From Octopus sinensis (Eukaryota), in contig NW_021835995.1 of the NCBI RefSeq assembly GCF_006345805.1, forward strand, positions 158,795 to 222,794: a DNA stretch of 64,000 nt, read 5' to 3'. The notes beneath the pieces were generated by a model, which had not been told where the DNA came from, searched no databases, and saw only the letters and a list, made by a program, of their open reading frames with translations. Shown in pieces: positions 48,247 to 61,812 of the stretch (positions are counted from its first letter, which is position 1; every line of letters begins with the position of its first letter). A program made the translations under genes and the position numbers.

Positions 48247-48884
48247 TTGATAACTATTAAAAAAATCATTATTGTTGTTGTTGTTGTTAATAATAAAGAG
48301 TATGGAGACTTGTACATCCACAAAATATATTTATAATCTTATACACCATATTATGTTGGTATGAGTTAGTTGGTTTGGCAGGAGCTGACAAGGTCAGGAG
48401 CCATACCAGATTCTGTTGTCTGGTTTGGCATGGTTTCTACAGCTAGATGCCCTTCCTAATGCCAACCACTTTACAGAGTGGACTGGGTGCTCTTTATGTG
48501 GCACCAGCACCAAATACATACGTATCGTTTATCTTTTACTTGTTTCAATTATTGGACTGTAGCCATGCTGGAGCACCTCCTTGAAGAATTAAAGATTAGT
48601 CTAAAAGATTAACCCCAGTACTTTCTTAAGCCCGATCCTTATTCTATCAGTTTCTTTTGCCAAACTACTAAGAATCTAACACTGGTTGCCAAACACACAC
48701 ACACACACACGTATTCAATGGGTTACTTTCAGTTTCTTCTACAAAATCCATTGGTCAGCCTAGGGTTATAGTACAAGATACCTTGTTTAAGGTACCACAC
48801 AGTGGGTTTGAACCTGAAACCATATCATTGGGAAGTGAACTTCTTAACAACAAAGCTGCACATACATGTATGTATTTTCCTTTA

Positions 48885-49870
48885 TGTGTCCCTGCCCATA
48901 GGTTGTGTTCATGCTGGGGTACCACCCTTATTATCACCTCTTCAATAGCCATTTTCATGTGGTTGGGTTTTGATGAATGTAGGACCTTGATATTGCTCCT
49001 CTCATTTGAATTTCTTGCTATGATATAGGCTCATCTGGGATCTGGATCAGAGGCTCAAAGTGCTTCTTGAAAACATCTACCCCCATTCCATGTAGATCTC
49101 TCAGATTTTTTGGTACATAAATAAATTTTGGTAACATATTAAATAGGTGTGGGGCTCTTAAATCCCAAGCTATTGCAGGGTTGCATTTACTGGTCATTAC
49201 ACTAGCTGGATGGTTAGCACCTTGGCACTGTACAATGACATCTTATTTGTGAGTCGGTATAACCCTAGATGCCAAGTTTGGTGCCAGCCCTTAGAATCCT
49301 CCACGTGTATATCACTGCATATCTTTCCATCTTCATCCCAAGAAATAAACTTATTATTCTTTCAACCTCTCTCAGTAGCTCCATCTCTCTGAAGCAATCT
49401 TCTTGGTGTAGCACTGTTGAATGCCTTGAGTTCCACAATTAATTTCACATTGTAGGGTGTTCATAGTTGAGAGCAGTAGTCCTAATGACTGAAGACAAAT
49501 ATCCTCTGTAGGACCACCACAGTTTCCTGGTCCTTTGTTCTGAAAGTTCTCAGACTCCTTCATGCCATTTTCCTGCACAGTGCCACCATCTTTGGGATAT
49601 GTACATGAAATGTTGCCTATATCAATTCCCTGTCCTAAGTTTGAGTCTGGGATTACCGTTCTTTCTGGTTTGAAATATCTTTAATGCAATAGGTCGACAC
49701 AAGCTGGTTGATAACAAAAGGCGTGGAATTTTCCTGCATTAAATTGAATGTTGTTTTTTTTTCAGCCCATTTATATATGGCATCAAGACCTTTCTGTAGA
49801 AGATTAAAATCAAGAGGATTCTTGATTGCTTGTGCTATTTTTGTAGTATCACTTTATAGCTAGTAAGAAT
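48885..49870 (-). mobile_element. Older copy of the CR1/L2-group LINE family 2 (RT C-terminal half to 3' end)
   Basis: LQKGLDAIYKWAEKNN.QFNAGKF, IQQCYTKKI..WSY*ERLK, CNSLGFKSPHLFNMLPK, IPDEP remnants; 3' GGTGGTACCCCAGCATG. Confidence 0.75.
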
Positions 49871-51948
49871 GGCTGCCAATATAACTCATGGCATGCCCAA
49901 GAGAGTCACCACAAACAGCAGCAGTGCCAAGACAGTTCCTGAAACACTGCTCTCATTATTAATGTCTCTTTGAGAGAGAGCTTTGTTGGCTGTTACAGCC
50001 TGGCTTCATGTAATTGTCTACTATGCTGAGTCTTCGTAGGATTGACATATAATTCGACCACAGTCATCAACGACTCTTAATCAAGATAATAAGACATTCT
50101 CTCTCTTTTCTTCCTTCTCACTTACACTGAGAAACACTGTAAAGCTGGCAGCTCACAGCGGACTCTTATCCTGCTCTAACTTCACCTGTTATCTCCAGAG
50201 GTAATGAACCTCACATGAATGGAGCTATAATGAACCATGCGCTACCATAAAGATGGTCACTGGGAGTGAGTCGCATGAATGAGAACTAAAAATAAAAGAC
50301 TATTGAATTGCACACCGTTTATAAACTTCTTCTTCGTGTTCCAGATCCTTAAGACTACAGAAATAATAGTAATGAGAGAAGGAGATACTCCACAGGTATC
50401 ACAAGCCTTCAGTTAACACCCCCTTTGCACTACCATATGTCTTTCATACTGTGGAAAAAGAGGGGATTGCTGCAGCCATAACTGGATGAATAGGTTGTCT
50501 CAATAATGTGAACACCAGTGTCTCCTGGGGTGATGTATAACAGAGAGAGGGTACCTCACTCTGTTTTCGTTATTTATTATAGGTTACCTTTTCTTTCATA
50601 TTGTCTCCATTTTCATAGTGTCTACTTTTGTGATTTTTTTTCACTGAATTAATACAAATGGTTAATATGATAATGTATATATCTTCACATAAATGCCTTT
50701 ACTGTACTACAGAAAATGCTACCTATAGTGCTGAACATTATAAGGTAAACATGGACATTGTTTTATAAAATTTAAGTTTGTTAAAAAAAATACCTTTATA
50801 AAATAAGTATTTGTTATTTACTCACATTTTAACCTTTTTCTTCTTAGGTTGTTATCTTTTCAACAGTCTAAGTTCTTTGTCAGTTTCCTCTTGGGCAAAA
50901 AACATAGGTTGGCAATGTGAGTATATAAGAGCAAAAACAAAGGTTGGCAGTGTAAGTAATATTCTTTAGCATAGTTTAATACTATTTTTAGCTTATTTAT
51001 TTTGTATTGCAATTCGTGAACAAAAGTGCAATTAGCTAAGATTTCTAATAGGCCAATCACTGGTTCACTGATTTTCTGTTAGCAAAAGTAACAAGGTAAT
51101 GTCTATAATAGTACAGAAAAACATTTCACATAGTATTTAATTCATGAATACTGGGTTTTCAATTTCCTCACCACTTATTATGCTCATCACAGTTGTAAAT
51201 AGAAGATAGATATACATATATATAACATACAAAGGGATTGCACAGAGTTTCAGTCTCCGAAATTCAGCTCACAAAATGCTGGTCACTCTGAGGTTATGAT
51301 AGAAGACACCTGCCCAAGGTGTTGCATAGTGGAATTGTACATGGGACCATGTGGTTGTCAAGTGAATTTGTTAACTTCACAGCCATGCTTGCTAGTTACA
51401 TTTTCCACAACAATAATTTTTAGTACTTGTACTTATCTGGTGCTAAAGATATTCAAATGTAGCTATCCGTCAATGAAGGACATAAAAACCCACAGCAGTC
51501 ATCTTTAGCTTAATACTTAGTACAGCAGTTCTCAAGCTGACAAATACAACCACCTATAAAAATATAATAGGGAAAATTGTTTACCTCACCTATATGTATC
51601 ATTCTTCTTTTTTAATGTTGTGTTGGACAAGTTTAAAACCAACTAAATTTCATCAACCATTGTGATTTGTGTACCTTTTTTCAATTGTTTCAGCTCTCTG
51701 TATGAGAAAGATTGTACATTGAGAATTACCTCCCTTGCTTCACGCTTTACATCGTTTAACTGAGTAAGCCGAACTTCAACTCGAATATCGAAATTTACCT
51801 TTTCACTTGCGTCATAAATACAGTGATATACAGAATGAGAAACAAGATAACACTGCCACAGCTAAATCTTTGCAGATATATAAAATGTCTTAATCACTTT
51901 TGATGAGGTTTCATGGGTATCTATTTATATTCATAATCAGCGTCATTG

Positions 51949-51987
<39 letters not shown>

Positions 51988-52249
51988 TCCCTTTAATCAC
52001 ACATACATAAATATGTGTGTAAATGCACGCACGCACACACTCATCTTTTATTTATGTCATGCTAGGGAACTGGCTTGAAGAATTTTGGTCGAATAAATAA
52101 ACTCCAATACTTATTTTATGTATGTATATCTGGTAATTATTCTATCGGTTTTCACAGTGTTTACTGTTTTATAAAATTAAATTAGAAAATTGGACAAAAC
52201 AGAGAACACAATTGAAAAAAAAAATAAAGAGAAAAAAGGAAAAAACCAA

Positions 52250-53220
52250 AACAATTCACCACCTTGGGTTGAAAAGTTGGGAGCGCTGGGAAACCTTTCT
52301 AATGGCTATTGAGGCATGCCAGAATGCTTGTAGCATTGCTGCGGGTGATGGCGAGGCTGATGCGCTGGAACAGCAAAGCGCCCTCACAAGCCTCACCAGC
52401 TACCTCTGCAAAACGAGTTGCAAGTGAAGACAGGAATCTTGCTGTCAGTGGGCCGACCCCACCAAGCGTCTTGAGCGCGACAGGATAGAAAATGTGGTTG
52501 GTAGATAGATTGCAGTATTTCAGGATTTTGTTCAGCTCAGCCACAGACACTATGGATCTCGCCCTGACTGCAGCATCCAGGATGTGAGAAGAAGCGAAGG
52601 AGTCACTAACTGTGACATCCCAGACAAGGCATCTACTTTGCAACCAGGGACACAGGGTGAGGCCGTCAGGTCTCTTCCCATCATATCTGGACAATCCAGA
52701 TGGTTCCAAGATGGAGGGGACGTTTGCCCGGGCTAAGCTCCTCTTAAGTATCAGGTTCAACTCTGAATGACACGTGAAGCGACCAGCATTCAGACAGCAA
52801 GAAAGACCATGGAGGCCTATGGAGTCGAGGAGCCTGCCACAATGATAGATCAAACCCGTGCATATGTCAGCTCCCACTGTGAGGGCAATGGAGAGACACA
52901 AAGTTCATCCAAGCTGAGTAGGATACCAACATTAGCCACAGGGATGGCATCAATCCAGTCACCTGAGTATTTGGCGCTAGCAGACAGTAAGCGGCACCTT
53001 GAAAACTGGTCTGACTGGATGAAGTCGAAGGTGTGCTTCGAAATTATGTTGTCCCAAGCTCTCTGACTCCGACAGTCCTTCACCTCCTCAGGAGCAGACA
53101 AGCCCAATTCCTTCCAGTGGTGGAGGCCTTCACCCAACTCCCTGTTGGAACTGGTCCGTGTTGGAGAGAAGAGGATGTTGCTCACCAGGGTGGAGCAAGC
53201 GTGGATGGAGTGTCGAACCA
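52250..53220 (-). mobile_element. 5'-truncated CRE-clade (RLE) non-LTR retrotransposon
   Basis: SGDWIDAIP...GLHGLSC...HSELNLILKRSL...EPSGLSRYDGKRPDGLTL.PW...WDVTV...E..K..KY...FQRISLAI.RSNA. Confidence 0.85.
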
Positions 53221-53479
53221 CTAACTTACAGGACATAAATACACCAACAGTCGTTGTCTACCAATAACAGAGGACAAACAGACACAATGACACTCATACA
53301 TATATATGCGCATGTATGAGTGTCATTGTGTCATTGCTAGAAATGGCAACCAAATCTCCTTTAAACCACACCTTACTAGAAGAGCTGAGATGAAGTGGTG
53401 AAGGCTGACCTCAGGATTCTGGGCTTAAAGAATGAAATGACAAAGTACTGGGACTTCTGGCAATAGGAAATTCTCAAAA

Positions 53480-56400
53480 AGTTTTGGCATCCTCAGCAAA
53501 ATAACAGTGCAGAATATTTAGACACTGTTAATACACAAGAGTTCTTGATGGTTACTCTAGAAGATACATTCCTACAGCTGGTAACCAAACGTGCATTCAT
53601 CCAGCTGCAGAAGAATTTGCAGTAATTATGCCAGATGTGAATTTGGAAATAGTACAACCACAAAGACTTCTGACACTGCATAAAAGGTGTGTTCCTGGTG
53701 AATCACTCCTTCAAGCAATCAATTCAATTCATCCAAATCATGATTCACTGCGGTTCCCATTGCTATTTCTATTTGGTGACAGGGAATTGAGTGTCAACTT
53801 TTAATGTTGTGGTAAGAGTCATAAAATATCACAGATGGATTTTTACAAAAGGCTCATGGTTCAGGGACATGATGTCCATTTCCGTCATAACTCAGGTTGT
53901 TTAGCTCAGGAATATTATTGTGATGTGTATTCCAAGATTGAAAAAGCAAAATTATAGTAGATTCGATCTAATGAAAAAGAATCAGTGCAGAAATTTATCA
54001 AAATATTCAGGATTACATGTATTCCCATAGTTCAAATATTGGCAAAAGAGTAATCAAACCTTTGACATTAATAAAGACCCACAATGGATGCAGAAACTTG
54101 ACTAGGATTCAATGGCAATTGTTCCAAAGTTAAGGAAACCAAATTTCTTCATCACGTTCACATGTAATCCCCAATGGGAAGCATAATCACAGACACCGGC
54201 TGACAGAATATTTGATATGAAACTTAGAGATCTCTTATATGACATTTTGGGAGAGATTGCAGGGTGCACGTGGATTATAGTCTTTCAAAAGCATGGACTG
54301 CCCCATAGTCATATGTTGTTCATATTAAAAAAAGAATATATTAGATCCACAACATTATGAAAAGTTTGTTTATGCAGAACTCCCAAATCCACAAACAAAC
54401 TAACTCTATTTCAACATGTCATTAAAACATGCTATATGGTCCATGTGGGAGAAATAAACCCAATGCAACATGTAGGGTTGATGAAAATGTGAAAATTTCC
54501 CTAAAGACTTTCAGGAAAATACTTTACTCAATTATAACAGCAATCCACTTTACTGATGTTGAAATAATGGTTCTACATTTACAAAGTCAAATGTTAAATT
54601 AGATAATTGTTCAGTAGTACCATATTCTCCCTTCTATTTAGTCAAATATGGAGGTCATTTAATGCAGAGATATGTACAGCTGTAAAAATCAGTAAAATAT
54701 ATTCAGTAACTATGCCTCTCCTGGTCTCGATGGTGTTACATACCTACTTCTCAAACGCGGTGAGTACTTTCTTCTAAACCAACTTTCACTATTCTTTCAA
54801 TTCTGTCTTGACAATGGTGTTACTCCAGAGCAGTAGAAAACTGCCAGTGTTATCACTTTGTTCAAAAAAGGTGACCGCACATCGCCTGTCAACTATTGCC
54901 CTGTTAGTCTTACTAGCTGCATTGCCAAACTGATGGAATCCTGTGTCAGAGAAACCCTCTGGAACTTCTGGAAGTCACACAGCCTCATTCAGCCATCACA
55001 ATTTGGATTTATTCCTAACTCCAGCTGCTGTAATCAACTCATCGAGTTTCTAGAGGACATTACCCGAATCACTGATTGTGGATCCAGGGTGGATGTTGTT
55101 TACCTGGACTTTGCTACGGCTTTTAATTCTGTGCCACACAAAAGACTTATGGTGAAACTCTCTGCAACGGGTGTAAGAGATGATCTCTATAACTGGTTGA
55201 AGTCCTTCATTATCGGCCGAAAAGAGGTTGTCACAGTTCTAGGACAGCACTCTTCCCCCTATGAGATGACATCTGATGTACCACAGGGATCTGTTCTTGG
55301 CCCCCTTTTATTTGTTGCAGATGTTAATGACATAGATGCCAACTTAAAGAATGCCACAGTGCTGAAATATTCAGATGACATCAAGCTGTACCTCAAAATA
55401 AAGAAGACAGATCCTGTACACTATAGATCTTTATTACAATCAGACCTGGACACAATGCAGCAGTGGATCGTGGACTGGCAACTCAAGCTGGCTGTGGCAA
55501 ATGTACCACCATGCATTATGGGAGGAAAAACCCAGCATCTACTTCTTCCACAACACTAATCTCAAAAAAGTCTTCTTGTGAACATGACTTGGGCATTATT
55601 GTTGACAGCGATTTGCATTGGACAAAACACATTGCTAAAATTGCCAAGAAGGTTGAGGGTGTCTTGGCATCACTCACCAAGTCCTTTGTGAGCTGTTCTC
55701 TGGCTATCTATCTACGGCTTTATATAGCTATGGTGCGACCTCACCTGGAATTTGCATCACCAGTCTGGAACCCCTATCTTGCCCAGGATATTAATCGTCT
55801 GGAAACCGTTCAGTGATGTGCAACCAAGAGAATACCCTCCATCAGGCATTTGCCATATTCTGAACGCCTTACTTCCCTGGGCATGGATACATTGAAACTC
55901 CGACGTCTGGCAGCTGACTTGGCAGATACCCATAAAATTATTAACCATCTTACAAACAATAACTCTGAGCACCTTTTCAAACTCCACCTGTCTAACACCC
56001 GTGGACATGTTTACAAAGTCAGAAAACAGCACAGCTCCCGTGACTTTTGGAAACATTTTTTCATGCTAAGAGTTGCTGAAGCATGGAACAAACTGCCGGC
56101 ATCAGTTGTTAGTTGCCAGAGCACTGCATCCTTCAAAACTTCCATGCTTCCTGAGATTCACCAACGCTACACCTGATTTTCTCCCCTCCATACACACGCA
56201 AGCATGTATCTAACTCATACACTGTTCACTTTCCAGATATTTGTACATTACTGCATATGCTTTATATGCACTTTTGAAAAGTTGTGGTGCACCTGAGCAT
56301 TGTATACAATAATTTCATTATTATTTTAAAGGGGATTAGGTGACACTCAATGTTAGGAGACAAACCAATGCATTACAAACAGAAACACACAAAGATGAAA

Positions 56401-57845
56401 TTGTAAATTATAGAGCTATTAATGGTGTAGTTTTCCCTACTTAGAAAGAAGCTGCAAGAAAACTGGGTCTTGCACATGATGACCGTGAATACTATTTAAC
56501 TATGGAGTTTTCAAATATTTTAACAACTCCATATCAGCTACAAAAACTTTTCTGCTTTGACAAATTATTTACAGCATTTGGAAGACAACTTTCAGATCAA
56601 ATGACAACTTTAGAAATAGAACATATTGAAGATAGCATACACAACATACATTACAATAAAAACTGAACTTATTTTAAGAGAATATGGTTTAACATCAGTA
56701 CAGGCAACCAATTCATTCTGAAAAGCCTTAGAGATTTTCCACAGATCGAACAAGAATTTCTTTGATGAAAATACCAAAAAATTAAATTGTGATCAACAAG
56801 CAACATTTCAGATCATTAAAGAGGCAATTCACAAATCAAAAGCAGATACTCACTGTCACAAGATTTTCACTGCTAAAACTTTGTTTATTGATGGGCCAGA
56901 TGTGCCAGGTAAAACTTTTCTCTACAGCATCATTCTCTCCGATATCCACAAAGAAGGAAAGATTGCAATAGCAATTGCATCATCTGCTGTAGCTGCATTG
57001 CTATTTGCTGGATGTACAACAACTCGTTCAGTTTTCTCCGTCCCTTCAATCCAGTTAGTGATGTCACATGTAATGCATCCATACAGAGTAACAAAGCCAC
57101 TTACATCATTCAGGCTGATGTTTATAATTTGAGATGGACTACCCCCATGTCTCACCATTTCCTCCCACTTCCCAGAAGCATTAGATCGAACATTAAGGGA
57201 TTTTATGAAAATGGTTGACCCCACGTTTGAACATGTTCTGCTTGGAGGAAAAGTAATAACTTTTGGTGAGGATTTTGTTATCTGTCATTAAACTTAGAGG
57301 CTGAGCACAGACAGTAGATGGTAGTTTTAACAATACATCTTTATGAAAACTTGTAAAAACATTTAACTGACAGAAAACAGGCAATTAAAATCATATGCAC
57401 AGAATTCAGAAGACCAAAACAACCAAATTCAGTTCAATAACTTTACTTCATAAAGAAAACGGTTATGTAGAAGCAAATGGCAAAATTTTTATACCCCAGG
57501 GATGTAATATTGTTCATGATTTCAATGACCTCATTTCCTTGGTTTTAATAGTAATGTCAGGAATGCATTGCAGAGCCTGAAAGATTTTCAAAAATTGTTT
57601 TAGCACCCAAAAATATTGTTGTTGATCTCTTTAATGAGGAAATACTAAAACTTTCCAGGAGATGAAAAGATTCTCTTTAGTCGTGATCAATGTTTGCATC
57701 AGGATGACCCTTCAGGATTCATTACAGAGTACTTAGATATGCTAAATATTTCAGGCTTACTGTTACACACATTAAAATTAAAGACTAACACAGTAATTAT
57801 TCTCTTACATACAAATGATCGAGTTAATGGCATGTGTAATGGCCA
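53480..57845 (+). mobile_element. Fossil autonomous Helitron (Rep HUH + PIF1 helicase), split by a CR1 insertion and cut off by an RTE fragment
   Basis: HDSLRFPLLF, FFITFTCNPQW (54148-54175), VFQKHGLPHSH (54281-54315), YGPCG, DNCSVVPYSP, SVKYI | FPT*KEAARKLGL, FIDGPDVPGKTFLY (56881-56920), GGKVI, LAPKN, GMCNG. Confidence 0.9.
54705..56325 (+). mobile_element. 5'-truncated CR1 LINE (RT to 3' ATT tail) nested in the Helitron
   Basis: SPGLDG, FKKGDRTSPVNYCPVSLTS, VYLDFATAFNSVPH, PQGSVLGPLLF, YSDDIKL, VRPHLEFASPVWNPY, FFMLRVAEAWNKLP. Confidence 0.95.
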
Positions 57846-58160
57846 TAGCTATGATCTCAGCTTGCCAGGTCTTCTCAAGCACAGCATATCTCCAAAGATC
57901 TTTGCCTCTGTGAGGCTTAATGTTCAAAGGTTGCGCTTCACCATCTCATCCCAGGTCTTCCTGGATCTACCTTTTCCACAGGTTCCTTCCACAGTCAGAG
58001 ATCAGCACTTCTTTACACAGCTATCCTCATCCATACATAACACATGACCATACCAGTGCAGTTGTCTCTCCTGCACACCATACCTGATGCTTCTTATGTC
58101 CAACTTTTCTCTTAGGGTGCTTACACTCTGTTGTGCATACACACTGACATTACACGTCCA
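57846..58160 (-). mobile_element. RTE LINE internal fragment (same family as 5356-7074)
   Basis: Nucleotide match to ~6030-6345 (GGTCTTCTCAAGCACAGCATAT...CATGACCATACCAGTGCAG). Confidence 0.85.
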
Positions 58161-58398
58161 GAAGAGGTAAAATATGTAGTGACCATTATTTTTAACTTAT
58201 TTCTTATATATCACTCTGTGTAAAACCCAGTTTGTCTGGAGCCCATCCATGGATTTACAATATAGATTTGTGATGAACCTTGGACCCTACCAAAAGATTA
58301 CCTGGAGTTCTTCACTAATCTAAGTAATACTGTTAGCCTGGTGTGCAAACAGAGTGCTTATGAAGTATTTTGCCCAGATTGGTAATCCCTCACTATAT

Positions 58399-58438
<40 letters not shown>

Positions 58439-58580
58439 CATGTGTCCGATCAGGATATCAGATGTTATACATCACTGGTCACAATGTGCTTTTGCAAATG
58501 ACACCACCCTGCTGGCTAGGTGAGCAGGCCATATATATATATATATATACACACACATACACATACATATGTATATATAT

Positions 58581-58611
<31 letters not shown>

Positions 58612-58615
<4 letters not shown>

Positions 58616-59457
58616 GTGTTTCAGTTAAATTTGACAGTTTGCATAAGACAAAAAGAAAACAAAATATACCATCCAAAAATAAAGTATCTTAAAAAATTTT
58701 TAAATATCAACTAGATTATGGCTGAGAGATAACAGTTTATTCAAAGTAGCCGCTGTCAGCTTCCACGATATCCTCAAGATAGCTCCAGAACCTGGTGCAT
58801 GCATTACTCACTATGTTTCTGGGAAGATCTTCCAAAACATCCTTGATATTAGCCAGCAGCTCAACCTTGGTGTTTCAGGCAGAGCAGATGGTAATTTTCT
58901 CAACAGCAGCCCACCACATGGAATTGCAATCAGGGAAATTAGGAGGCTAGAAATTTGGACTGGTGGAGTGTGGCAACCACTTTTCTTTCTGGAGGTATGG
59001 CAAAGAACCGAAAACTGCTGTCACACATATAGCCATCTAGCGGCAACCCTCTCCAACCAGGGTTTAATCACAGTCTCAAGTAGCTTTAATCACAGTCTCA
59101 AGTAGCTTTACCTTAGTCATTGGATGAATTCCACCAGATGAGCTCTTTCTTGTTGGCCACAACTCCATAATCTACATTGCATCTGTCCATGTCATGTCTT
59201 ACAGCCATTACAGTGTTCATAGAGCATTGAGTAACAGCTGTGATGTTAGCATATTGACACCCAGTGCAAATCATCATGATACTGTTAACTCTTTTCCAAT
59301 ATTCATATGGCTTCCAGTCCACCATGTCAGCTAACTGTTTCCCAACTACAACTTTAATCATTACGTTCTCCAATGCTGTTGATTGCTCACCAATACATCA
59401 AACTGTTCCTGAGAAAAGGAGACATAAAAAATCATCAAATTTAGCCTGAGCACTCTT
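58612..59457 (-). mobile_element. Internally deleted Tc1/mariner DD37D (maT)-like transposon
   Basis: TIRs CAGGGTGTTTCAGTTAAATTTG and a degenerate partner at 59436-59457 followed by TA. N-terminal MVDWKPYEYWKR; C-terminal KPWLERVAA..YV*QQ..CHTSRK, PPNFPDCN, ACTRF..LEDIVEADSGYFE*. Confidence 0.75.
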
Positions 59458-59653
59458 TATATATAATTCTCTTTTTAGGTAATAGTGTTCTCTCAAGATA
59501 CACATAAAGTTATAGATAGTAGTATGACCAGTTCAAGTCCCATGAGCAGCCTTTGACTTTTTCTAACTAAAACGGTTTTTGAACACAATATTTACATCCT
59601 ATTATTTACATCTTTATGCAAGCCTTGAGAGCCACTATTTCACAAAAAAACTA

Positions 59654-60618
59654 CAAGGGTGAACTGAAAAGTTCACAGGCTGACTATGAAGTGGTGATGC
59701 TAGAGCTGTGAAATTTTGTATGCATTAATTTCAACACTTCTTATTATTAACTACATTGTTTCTTTCCAGGTAAATTGACATCTGCCTGTTCAAAGAATAC
59801 TTCAAAATTAACTAATAGTGACTTTTCTTGAAACTGGACAAAATTTCGCATCGTGGTGTTATCAAGTACCAACAGAAACGGATTAGCCCCCAAGGACATT
59901 CATACTGACATGGTTGCTACATTAAGGGATGATGCTCCAGGTTTATCAACAGTGCAAACGTAGGCAGCTGAATTTAGGAGGGGAAGAGACAGTTTAGAAG
60001 ATGTCCCAATATCTGGATGTCCTGCAACAGCAATTACCAAGGAAAACATTGATCATGTTCCCCAGATGGAGATGGATGACAGGCAATTGACTATAAATCA
60101 AATGGCCAATGCTGTTAGCATATGCTGTAAGTGAGTTAAGAATATTCTGCATAATGAACTACTTGGCATGATGAAGGTTTCTGCTCAGTGGATATCATGT
60201 CCAATGACCCCTGATCAAAAGCATGTCAGACTGATCACATCACAGTAAAATTTGACATTGTTTCAGGCAGATCCAGCTGATTTCCTTGAATGTTTCCTAA
60301 CCTAAGATGAGTGTTGGTTTCATCACTCTGAGCCAGAGACAAAGAAACAATCCATGAAGTGGAAACACTTCTCCTTACCTGCTTCAAAGAAAGCCAAAGT
60401 TGTTTCATCTGCAGAGATGGCCTCAGTTTTTTTGGCAATCAAAAGATATTATGTTTATTGACTATCTTGAAAAGGGCCACGCCATTAATGGTGAGGCAGT
60501 TATGAAAGGCTGTCAAGACCAAACACTGAGGAAAACTGACAAAATATGTCTTGTTTTATCAGGGTAATGCCATGTGTGTTTGTGGCTTTGAACTGGTTAA
60601 TCACCTTGCCAGTTCTCA
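59654..60618 (+). mobile_element. Degenerate mariner transposon (Himar1/irritans-like transposase), 3' truncated
   Basis: TA|CAAGGGTGAACTGAAAAGTTC TIR; RGRDSLED..SG.P, KVSAQW, DECWFHHSEPETKKQSMKW, KKAKVVSSA, FIDYLEKG, QGNA. Confidence 0.88.
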
Positions 60619-60629
60619 GAATTGAGGCA

Positions 60630-61064
60630 AACCTATGATTAAAGGTATTTCAGCAATTTTAAGGGGAGGGGGAAAGTTGATTACAACAACCCCAGTATTT
60701 GACTGATACTATATTTTATCACCTCTCAAAAAGATGTAAGGCAAAGTCAACCTCAACAGAATTTGAACTCTGAATATAATGGATTGGAAGAAATGCCACT
60801 AACTATTTTGTCCAGTGCACTAACTACTCTGCCAGCTCATCACCTCAATAATAATAATCCTTCCTAGTGTAGGCACAAGGCCTGAAATTTGGAAGTAGTG
60901 GTTAAAGCAATTACATCAACCCCAGTGTTCAACTGGTATTTACAAAAGGATGAAAGGCAGAATTGATCTCAGCAAAATTTGAGCTCAGAATGTAAAGATG
61001 GACAAAATGCTACTAAGCATTTTGTGCAGCATGCTAATGATTCTGCCAGCTCACCACCTTAAGG

Positions 61065-61132
<68 letters not shown>

Positions 61133-61812
61133 GATAATGATAATAATAATAATGATCATGATCATGATGGTTTCAAATTTTGGCACAAGACTAGCAATTT
61201 TGGGGGAGGGGATAAGTCAATTACATTGACCCCAGAGCTCAACCCCTGAAAGAATGAAAGGCAAAGAAAACCTCAGCTGCATTTGAACTCAGAACATAAA
61301 GACAGACAAAATGCTGCTGAGCATTTTGTCCATCACGGTAGCAATTCTGCCAGTTCATTGCCTTTATAAAAATAATGATAGTAATAATAATAATAATGGT
61401 TTTAAATTTTGCCACAAGGGCAGTAATTTGGGATAGGGAGTGAGTCGATTACATCGACCCCAGGGTTCAACTGGTACTTATTTCATTGACCCTTTCAGGA
61501 TGAAAGGCAAAGTTGACCTCGGCAGAATTTGAACTCAGAATGTAGTGGCAGATGAAATATCATGAAACATTTCGCCTAGTGTGCTTATGATTCTGCCAAC
61601 TAACTGCCTTAATAGTATTAATAATAATTTTTTTTACTATTGGCACATGACCAAAAAAAAATTGGGGGAGAGGGGTTTGTCAATTTCATCTGCCTCAGTG
61701 CTCAGCTTGTAATTATTTTATTGATCCCAAAATAGGGTGACAGGCAGAGTCAACCACAGTGGAATTTTAACTCAGAACAGTGTATTAACAATTCTGCCAG
61801 CTCACTGCCTTA
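60630..61812 (-). mobile_element. Head-to-tail cluster of five SINE-A copies separated by (AAT)n
   Basis: The AAGGCAAAG..AACCTC...GAATTTGAACTCAGAA...TTCTGCCAGCTC block recurs five times in one orientation. Confidence 0.85.
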
